A stretch of DNA of 58,607 nucleotides, counting the filler, from Sphacelaria rigidula (Eukaryota), in NCBI GenBank assembly GCA_964200075.2. It is 6 parts of 6 records of this genome, joined end to end, with 100 filler letters (N's around TTAATTAATTAA, not from the genome) between each part and the next. Parts side by side here need not be neighbours in the genome. Positions count along the whole stretch, not along the records: positions 48,925 to 58,607 come from CAXNAA020007972.1; 5 more parts are not named here. The stretch is one strand, 5' to 3'. Numbering within the stretch: position 1 is the stretch's first letter; the number at the start of each line of letters is the position of its first letter. Positions 48,985 through 58,607 of the stretch are shown here, piece by piece. Below the pieces are notes generated by a model. The model was not told where the DNA came from, did no database searches, and saw only the letters and a program-made list of their open reading frames with translations. Made by a program: the position numbers and the translations under genes.

Positions 48985-50898
48985 TGCGGCGGTATTAGGA
49001 TCTGTGTTTCTCCACATTACGAAACACTCAAGACATGGCCATTTTGGGGCGACTTGGGTGAGGTAGCGCCTATGATTGTTGGCCCTGTCTGCCACGACAA
49101 GATGCGACGTACATTGAGCGCAAATTGACGGTGCAGGTAGTTGTGTCTAGCTTGATTAAGCAAACATTGCAGAGCATTGTGGTATTTGTCTTGCTTGTTC
49201 TCGTCGTGGAAGTGTGACGTGCAATGTATCGCCGAAACCAATAAATATGACTTGGCCTTACTTGGCTCCGAAGGTACGCGAAAATTTAAAGCTTCATGAG
49301 CACGAAATTTTATTTTTTTGTATACTGTACTTTTCATTCAATTGATATCCAATTTTACTCAACATTTTTTTTTATATGTATAAGATTGAGTACCCCGCCC
49401 CCCACACCCGAAAGACTCCAGGATTCAAAAAAGGGGTATAGGTTCTCGGACTGTTCTTTTTGGGCACTGTCGGATGATATTCAAATCCCATCCAAAGCGG
49501 TGAGCGATTCGAAAACCATTCATCTGTAATATGCAGGAGCAGACTCTCCGTGAGGAAGGGAGGATGCAAACAAGCCAAGGCTGGCAACACGCGGAGATAA
49601 GAGCGCAAAATGATTGACGTCCGGACCCACAAGCACGCATGCAGTTGAATTGCAAGCCATAGTGTACTTTGTACTTTGTGGTCGCGGATTATCGTTTGTG
49701 TGCTATTTTTGATTCCAGATGTATGTTGTGCTATGAAACGACAAACCTGGCATATATCCGCAATATCACTTCAAGGCTTGGTGACCACTATTACTGTACT
49801 GTACTGTGAGCACCTGTACTGCTGTCAGGTGCAGATCCCAATCCTATTGTCACTTTGTCTGTAATCATGGAAGCATCTTTGTTAGAAACGAACCATACTA
49901 AAAATGGTATAAATATAGCTGGTAACGGCAAACTTCGAATAAACTGGAAAAACTGGAGTCCCTATCACCAGTTCCAGTTAAACTCCACTTGCAGTTTAAC
50001 TGCCAGTACAAACTGGACCAGCTCACAGCCCTACTTATTGGTATTTTTTGTGGTATAATGTGTTTGTCTTTGTTGAATAAGGCATCTCAAGCATAAAAAC
50101 ACCTCATCAGGCAACCCCTTTCCTGAAAGGGGCTCTCGGGCAAAGAGTAAAACCCCAGCGTCCCGACTAATTGGAGTTGGCGTCGTCATTCGTGTGCCTT
50201 ACTTCCATTCTTTGTTGTAGTATATGCGCTTGCCTCGCCCAAACAATGCATCTCAGGCGCCATACCCCCTCTCAGGCAACCCCTTTCTAAAAAGGGGCTC
50301 TAAGGCAGAAAGCAAGGCATGCCTTAAAAGTCAGGGCCTACACAGCCGTCACCATATGCAATATCAAATACTGCAGCAACTGTCTCGGTTCACCGCCCAA
50401 AATGCTCTTCGAGCCGAGTCATGGTATTTAGTCACCTGCATGACACTGTCTACGAACATCATGGTGCTCGTCATGTCGATGAAGATGGCTCTGTCCCCGC
50501 AAGCGGCGAAGGCAGCGCAACTACAGGATTTGCCGAGCAAGGCGGATCAGGGGCGGGTCACCGGGGGGTCGAGGGTCGGGAGGGGGCAGGAAGATTGGCA
50601 GCAGCGGCATGTTACCAATCGCGATTTTCTAGAACATGCATTTGATTGTATGCTTCTATCGACGATTTCAGTGACTGGAATCTGTAGCGAGCGCAGGGAA
50701 TATGCTACTCCATCGAACAATGGGGGTTGGGCAACTCCATACCGGGTGTTATCCCCCGTCATCCATGATCGGTTCTTCGGTTAGATGGCTCCTCTGTGGC
50801 TGAGTGTTCTTCTGTCGACAGGGAGATAGGGGAATCTATATTCGGGTCCATGCAAGCCATGGTATGTGGTGCAGCTGAGCTACAGCAACGGCCGTTTA

Positions 50899-53800
50899 CT
50901 CATCAACTGACGGTTGCATCAGAACTCCTGGGAAAAGATCTTCGAGCACACGTTCCTGACAGTGCGTAGTACTTGACATGGCAATCCGAACTGATGACAC
51001 ATGTTTTAAAATGCGTAGATTTGAATCAAACTCTGCAAACGTCGATGTGGTGAGAATCACAAGCAAGCCACAGTAGAACAGTGACGTGCAGTTCGTCACA
51101 GTAGTACACAAGCAAACGGGAGATCTCGCCCACAGCTGAGATGCAGAGGGGACAGATATGGTTTACACCTCCACTTGCCTGAATCTACTTTAGCAGAATA
51201 ATTGGCATGAGGGGTGTCGGGTCGTGCGGGTCAACTTTCATCGTGGAAAAAATGCCATAGGAACGAAGAAAACGAAAACCCTGTCCCGTAAAAATAAGGT
51301 CAAAAGCAGAACTTTTCGGACCATGTGCTAACGGATTGTTACCCTAAATGTACTGTACCGTACCGCACTATGCAGAGTATAATTCTACAAGGGCACCTTA
51401 TCTGTCGGGAAGAGTTTCTACCTGTTCCCAACGAAGCATCGCATTTCAACTTTTTTCGCAGCTGCAAGGTTTTGCGCGGTTGGTGCAGGTGAGCGGCAAT
51501 ACTGTACTGTACAAATGAAATGAGCCGAACTCTTTTCGGCGGGTGTGTGCGGTGCTAGGACGGCACGATACTCTCTCGTTACAGCTGATCTACATAATTT
51601 GGCCTTCGAAAAATCAGCTTCCCACCTGCAAACCCTGAATCATACAGCAATTCTAAGCACTCCAATAGAATAGCAACGTAGAATAGACACACCTTCAGAC
51701 CTTGGACCAGCCGCCAAGCTTGATCGTCCGCTTGGTGTAGACATTTTTACAGGAATCGCGTTGATATTGGTCATTTTCAACGCTACAGAGCTTTCGTCCT
51801 GTGCAGCTTGGCTTGTAGCATACCCTCGTCTGCGAAGAGCGCGAAATACGAGAGTAGGGGGCAGTTTTTTCCCAGACGAGAAGGAAGGAGCTTTAGAGGC
51901 GACATCTTGCTGTGTTTCTGCTCATCCAACAGGTGAAACCCTCACGACTCCCCCGGCAAACAGTGCAGGACAGATAGTGCTGCAGTCCTGTGTGCGGTAT
52001 AGCGAACGGGGTGTAACAGAAGTTGGGTGTTGCTTTAGCTTGACTGTTTGGAGTCCCCTCGGCGCCAAAAGCACTGTATTGCGATAGTTCAGAGCTAGTG
52101 GAGGTCTCGTGCACACATGCTTCCTGCTGTGTGCATCTTTTCGAACCCCACACAATCGTCCATGCAAAGCAGATCTCCGCGTTTCAGGTTAGAACATACG
52201 CCAATCGACGCAGGAGCTGTTCTAGCTGTAAGATAACACCCACAACGTTGGGCTCAGCTTGAGTATGTTTGACCGACCGCCGATGAGGTTATATTCTGTT
52301 GGCGGATGTTTTCAATGGCAGTTGTCGCACATCCAACGGATTGCTCATATAATATCTTTCCGTGCGGAGTAGTGTACTGCGCTGCATCTCCCTCTCCTCC
52401 TCCCTTCCGCTCTCCCACGCGCTTCCTTGCTGATGCTAGAGTCTCTAGGGTGTTGCCGTGTGTCCGGGATACAAAATCTACAAAAATACAGATTTCTCTT
52501 TCGACGTGGAACATACGTCGATTCAAGGCAGCTCTAAATTTTTTGCACCTGGCACTCGATCGGGTATTGCCGTTGCGTTGCCCCCAAATGCTCCCTTATT
52601 TCCAACGGTCCGCACTTTAACCGTCCCTTGATTGTATTACTGTACCCTTGGCATGGTGTACTGTTGTGCGTGCGCTCTACACGGTACAGTACAGTGTGCT
52701 CTATGCTGTGAATTAGTGGAATCGCCGCGGGGTGGGGTTAGACCACGAGGACAAGGAGATACAACGTAACGACGGTTGTGTCGCGGTGTTCATCCATTTG
52801 GACTTTCCTCGAAATTACATGAACGCAAGCTATCGATGACCTATTTTATTGCTGGACTTGCACCTACGGGACTGTCCCATCTCTACCGGACTGTGTGCGA
52901 GACTCGCATAAACGATGGAACTGGACAATTTTCTTGGTGTCTTAACAAATGTGACCGGTTTGAATCTTGCTGCAAGATATTGTCGTTTTTTGTCTCAATT
53001 GTTGAAACTGATTGCACTCTTTTCGGCCGGTACCACCATTTTGGGTTATGGCTAGGGATGGAGTGTCTGCCACGTTCAATCCTTACAGCCAATATCCACG
53101 ACGCTGTCCTTCACTCCGCTATGTGTGTGCCACTGAAACCGTTCGTAAGATGAAGTGGCATATTCTCTGAGTAAAATATTTGCGATGTGCATTTGTGTGT
53201 CCCTTCGGTGTGATCACACCATTTTGTATGGCAACTCATCTTTTCTGCGCATGCATTCGCGAAGGTGTCGCGTAGAAATGGTCATTTACCTGTATGTAGT
53301 AGATTGTCGGAATGGTCACTTCATGTGGTCTATTCTCGGAATTTTGCTCTTACCCGAAACAGACCACAATACGAGTAGAGGTCCTGCGTGTGCTGTTCTG
53401 CTGTTTTCCCCGTGTTTCGTGGGCAGGTGCAACATGGGCAGGGGTCGCAACTGTCGGAGCAGAGATACCGCAACTTTTTATCCGCTTGTTCGTACGCGGG
53501 TGTTATCACATGCTCACCTTTTCGGCAAGCATAGATTACCTCTCGTCGTTCAATTTTACTTGAAAAAGTATGCATTATCCACCTGGCCTACACTCGCAGC
53601 AGCTAAGGGGTTCATCGCGAGGTGTGATCGTTCATCGAGGTTCAGTGAAAGCGAAGCGTTCAACAGCTTCGGCAAATGCGGTGACAAGGTCAAACCGTCC
53701 ACCTTTTTTCGATGCATACGGCATAGACGGCGTACTCTAGCCGACCCCAGGCTACATACTTTTCGAACCTCGGAGATTCCGTGTCTTGAGCCGTTTGTAC

Positions 53801-55570
53801 TTGTCTTTCGCGGCAGGTCAATCTCCGTTCCTCGGAAAATGTGGTAACCTGTATCATCTTAGTGTACCTTTGTACATACGCGGTATAATATTGGCAGCGG
53901 TCGATAGTTTTTATAAGCATCAGCGCCGATGGGCCTAGTTCAAGTAGTGCAGAACAAAACGATGCGGCGCACCCCTGCTTTCTGGGTCGTCACCTTACAC
54001 ACTACTGTAGTGCGGCACAGTCGTGAGGGCAAATGGCTCTTCATGACGTACTCCGTTGTAATGCCTTAGAGGACCGAGTGCTTATGGGACCGCATCGTGG
54101 TTCGAAACACCCCAGGCCTTTTTCAAAACCAATCGGGCCAGTCCCTGCAGGGACCACGCCCCTGACCCTAACCCCAACACAAACACTAAGCCTAACCATG
54201 GGGATGTTCAAATTCCGATGAGGTCCTCTAAGCATGCGGTCCTCTCACGCATTATACCGTACTTGGCTTCTCCTGGGAGCTGTTGTGCAGCTCATCAGCG
54301 ATGCTGTCCCTGCCGTGTACACATCGACGCTGTCTTGTAAAAGGTACATCGTATCTTTCGACATGACTATGCATGTTCTGAAATTGAATTGGTGGGCATT
54401 TCTGCGTTGGGATACCCTTGGACCGCGAGGGTGGTCCATTTGGATCATGCGTAATTTTGCGAGAGTCATATGTTGAATCGGCATCAAGTACACTTAGGAA
54501 AAGTATGCATAGTCGACATCAACTACTCTCCTCGCGGCCTGAAGGTTAACTCTTCGACCGTGAAAATAGGTCATGTGTTGAATCGGCATCAATTTCACTT
54601 GAAAAAAGTATGCGTGATTCAGGCAGACTACCCTCAAGGGTCGAGATGGTGGATGCCAGACTTGTGCTATATCGGTACTAAAATCGCTCCGTGCGCTGCA
54701 GCCCTGCACCACGTGCCTGCTCTTTTGAAGTAACCGCTGGCAAGTTTTGCCAGTATAATTTTGCGGGGGAAAAGCGCAGCCACTACTGTCTGTAAGGCAC
54801 CGCCATAGAATGTCCTGGCACCCTACTGCGGGCGAACTGCTCGACATGTCATTGCAGGCTTGTAGTTCTGCGCCCAGCACTTTTTATTGGAGTTTGCGAA
54901 CAATTTCCTGACGTGGGTTATCCCGCTCAAAACTCCAGTCGTACGACTTGCCAACCATGAAGGAATTAATTCGTAGCACGTGGGCGTCTACGCCGGTTGT
55001 TCTTCTCTGCTTGGTTTGTTCTTTGCTTGATACCCACCATTTCGCACAAAATCGGCGTTGTCGGCTAGAGTCATAATTATACTGCGGCCATCGGACACGA
55101 CATTCCACGATGAATTTGACTTGATCGAGATCGATCGGCCACGCACTGCTTTCCCCTAGTGTCAAAATATGTCATGGCGGAGGGGGGTTTAGTCGAAAGC
55201 ATAGCTTGCGCTCTGCTGGAAGCTTACTCGTATTGTTTGGGTAAATATAATTGCAGCACGTTGCACTTTCAAGCAAAAAGCCAAACCTCTGATGCCACCC
55301 CCCCCCCCCCACCCCGTTCCCCTGCTCCCCCGTCCCCTCCCTCGAGAGCGCAAAACCTTGTTATATGGTCGCAGTTCACTTTTTCTTGTAATTTGTTGCT
55401 GTCCTGGTTGCGATCCAGGTCAGAGATAGCGTCTTCCGTTAGTGTGGCGGCGGGGCCCGACTTCCAAACGTGGCGGCCGCTGCCCACACAACGTTAGATG
55501 AACCGAATTCAACCGCAGCAGCCGTCAGTACGCAGGACACTACAGCAGGCAAAGACGCAGCAGGTGCATG
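50899..55570 (-). CDS. Probable multi-exon gene of unknown function (model uncertain)
   Basis: Several AG..GT-bounded open segments on the minus strand, for example about 53583-53736 (VRRLCRMHRKKVDGLTLSPHLPKLLNASL), 52888-53051, 52279-52445, 51701-51930 and 50899-50954. No family recognised and phases not fully resolved. Confidence 0.3.
54066..54248. repeat. Small inverted-repeat element with internal degenerate CCTAAC units
   Basis: AGAGGACCGAGTGCTTATGGGACCGCATCG is mirrored by CGATGAGGTCCTCTAAGCATGCGGTCCTCT. Confidence 0.6.
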
Positions 55571-56527
55571 AGAGGGTTCTGCCGCACATGGCTGGGTATA
55601 ACCCCCCATCCACCCGAAGTATGCATCTCCCAAGGGCAGGTCGGGTTGGGTATATACCCAATCTCTTGGTATTTTGAAAAGTGGAGATCCCGACCCATGC
55701 CCACAGCAGCAGCCAGCTCAGTGCTGTTCCCCTCTCAGAAGCCCATGCAAGTCATTGTGGCTTACTTGGGCAGGTAATGTGTGACTTTTCAACGTACCAC
55801 AATATGGGGTATACCCCTACCCGACCTGCACTTGGTGTCGTGTTGCTCCAGCCTAGATTTCCTCAACGATCAAACTGCACTCCCATTATGTTCGTCCGAA
55901 GATGCCGACAAGAACGTTTTAACAAAACACACCTGCCGGTGGCTTCCACCATTCCCGTATTGAAGATACTCTACCTCATATACGAGAAGTTGCTGCCCGA
56001 GGCTTCCGTACTGAGACACCTGAGGTTCTATAGCTCGTTTTGTTGCCACGAGAAACCTGTTGCAATTCCCCCATGTACAGTAGCGCTAGAAGTGGTGAAG
56101 TGTCATGGTTCGCGTTCTCAAGTTTAGAGTAAGTGCTGGTCGTGCTCGACTCTGGACTGAGCACGAACAAAACAGAGTGTGTGTATCTTGTCATCCCATC
56201 TATTCTGGACGTCGGTCTGCACCTTCCGGTGTATGTGGGCGCATCAGCCAGGGTCACACAGCAGGAAGGCCAACACAGGAGTTTTTTTTTTTTTAGTTCT
56301 TCACATTCCTTCTGCGGTGCTTGCCTTCATTATTTTTTATCGCGAGAGCGGTTCAGCAGTTCCTTCCCCTCGTCGACATTTGAGTCGATTATTGTGCATC
56401 GTTTATTTTACGCTCGAATCTCGATCCAGCCGGCCCAACAAGATCCCGACATGAAGTACCGCGTAACCCTGCCTGCCGCACAAAACTAGGGGGAATAAAA
56501 CTGCAGCGCAAGCTGCCTCCTGAGGCT

Positions 56528-57342
56528 GTGACGACGATGTCATATCACGGTGGGGCGACTCCAGTGCCGCCAATACTGCAGGAACTCATCTCTGCTCCAG
56601 TCGACAGCACGCCGACACACGCCACGGTAGCTGCGGAGGCCGGCGGAGCAATGGCAGGATTATCGGGAGAAATGCGTCCGGGAAGCAGGGGGTGCGACTC
56701 AACCAAAAAAGCTGCAGGATCTGAGGATAAGCGAGATTTCGATCCGATGCTCAAACCTGGAGGAGGGATTGCAGATGTACAGCCAGTGGTTGTGTACAGC
56801 ACGGCGGGCATACCGACGGGGGGCGAACAGGTTGACACGAATCAGAGTGAGGGAGACACGGCGAAGAGAAACCTTGAGCTGCAGAGGAGAGCAGAAATGG
56901 GGAGAGAAAACGTGGGTGTTGTCAGCGCGCTAGTAGATGTATGTGCCGGAGATTGTACTGAAGCCCACCTCAAAAAGTATGGAAGCAGTGGCCAAGGCAG
57001 CATGTCCGCGAACGGCTTTAGTAGGGGTCAGGGTATCTCTGCACACAGGGGAAATGCCGGCGGAAGCAGCTCTGTAAATGGTCGAAATGGGGTTGGGTCG
57101 GTTGGAGCTGCAGAGACGACTGTAGGCGCGAGCTCCCCGAATCGACCTTGGTTTCGGAGATCTTTCGATCGAGCCATTCATGGAGCGGGTGCTGCTAGCG
57201 TGTCGACAGACGAGGGTATTACACCGGGGAAAGGGGGAGAGGGCGACGGTGGCATGGTGGTGGGCGGGGGCGTCAGACCTTTGGCGGAGTGGGTGAAGGA
57301 AGGCAGCGAGGATGACAGCGAGGCGAACACTTCATCTAGCAG
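56528..57342 (+). CDS. Long Gly/Ser-rich exon of a hypothetical protein
   Basis: Open frame of about 270 codons ending at a CAG|GTGCGA donor. Start uncertain and no domain recognised. Confidence 0.5.
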
Positions 57343-58607
57343 GTGCGACAAAATACAGTAGAGACCCCTCGACAGTATGGCTGGATTCCATGTACGGCAC
57401 ATCGTCCGTTCGAGTGTTGAGTTCAGACGTTGCATTAGTCACGACAGTTCCAAATCAGGGTGGATTTTTTCTGCTTCAGTCAGCATCACTGTTCGTGAAT
57501 TTTCTTTCTCCCTGCTGTCAAGGAGCGGAGAAATGTTACCCCGCACCGCGTCCACACTCGTCGCACAGCTTTCCTTTGGTGTTCACGTTCCGATGTTTTC
57601 AACGACGGAAATCACGTTATTCTTGAAAAAAAAAGAATAAACAAACTTACTTCTGCCGGTACTCAGATCGTCAATCTTCTGTCCAATCTGATTCCAGCTG
57701 TAACGCTTCGACCAACAGGAAGATTATGAGGTATGTGTACATCTATCATTGCCAGGTATGATGATCTACATAGTTGTCAGGGGTCATCGATGCTCCCACG
57801 GAGCGGGTACGAGGTCGATCATAGGGCGGGTTATGATAACCACCTAGTAAAACATTTTTTTTTCTGACACAATGTCCAATGTCGTTTCTCGTTGCAATCC
57901 ACGAGACGGGACCATATTCCTGGAAGCGAAGTGACATGCAGCGCTGTCCCCACCCGCCGCTTTAAGGCGGCCGTTCTTATGTGAGGCCGGCCTCAGGCCC
58001 CACTTGACGGCGATGAAAACCGACTTGCACCACTAGCTCCTCTGGTAGACTAATCTACTGCAAGGCTAGGAGTCCAATCTCGCATTAAGGTTGCCCGCTT
58101 TCTGCACGTCAAACTCGCCGAGTATCCTGGGTGGAAAGGATAGCTCATGCTGTGCTCGGACGAATGATCACCTCGATGTCATGGTACCGAAACTGGGAGA
58201 GGAATGAATGTCTAACTATCTCGCTGAAGCTACCCGCTCCGGCAAAAAATATTTCGGTAGTGTCAACACAACAGCCCGTATCCTCTTTCCCACCTAGTAT
58301 CCAACACCTAAACACTTTCGTAAAGGCGGTTCACCCGCCCACCATGACAACAAATGGTCATGTAGGCTGCTCTGCAAAGCACTGTAATCGAATGTTTCAA
58401 CTCCCGCTATGGAGCACATCATGGGGAGTGCTCTGTCCACGCGTTATTCGACCTTGCCTACGCAACGAACATCGTGCACCGGCAGTTGGCCAGAAGCATA
58501 CGTCGTGTTTGGCAGTCGCAATGCAACCCCCCCCGAGCTCCGTGCTCCGTCTCGAAAGGGATGCGTGGTCAATGGTCAAATGACTAAGGCAAGCAACAAA
58601 TGAGTAC

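Noticed and set aside
54158..54197. Telomere-like CCCTAA repeats
   Set aside because: Few, degenerate and internal to a small inverted-repeat element.
48925..55570. Minus-strand exons as the 5' part of the GLOD4-thioredoxin gene
   Set aside because: They are on a different contig and show no glyoxalase motifs.

Overview
Intron- and repeat-rich eukaryotic DNA. The gene structure and repeat style suggest a brown alga (stramenopile); this is inference. The window is not one locus. It is six contigs of near-identical, non-increasing length (1-9685, 9786-19470, 19571-29255, 29356-39040, 39141-48824, 48925-58607) joined by 100-nt N/TTAATTAATTAA/N linkers, so adjacency across linkers has no biological meaning. 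Supported genes: a complete 4-exon arrestin-domain gene (2339-6656,+), the 3' part of a TFIIIC subunit 1/GTF3C1-like gene (10228-16513,+), exon 1 of a CFAP97/KIAA1430-family gene (43465-43644,-), and the 3' exons of a GLOD4-type glyoxalase spliced in frame to a WCKNC thioredoxin domain (46837-48442,-). There are also several unassigned exons. Mobile DNA includes a decayed Helitron helicase-OTU ORF, MITEs with identifiable TIRs and TSDs (Tc1/mariner-like, hAT-like, P-like), long foldback elements, a probable RLE-type LINE relic, and an abundant repeat whose ends always abut C/G tracts. The best candidates for something undescribed are the glyoxalase-thioredoxin fusion and the C/G-tract-anchored element. 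I found no CRISPR array, rRNA or tRNA.
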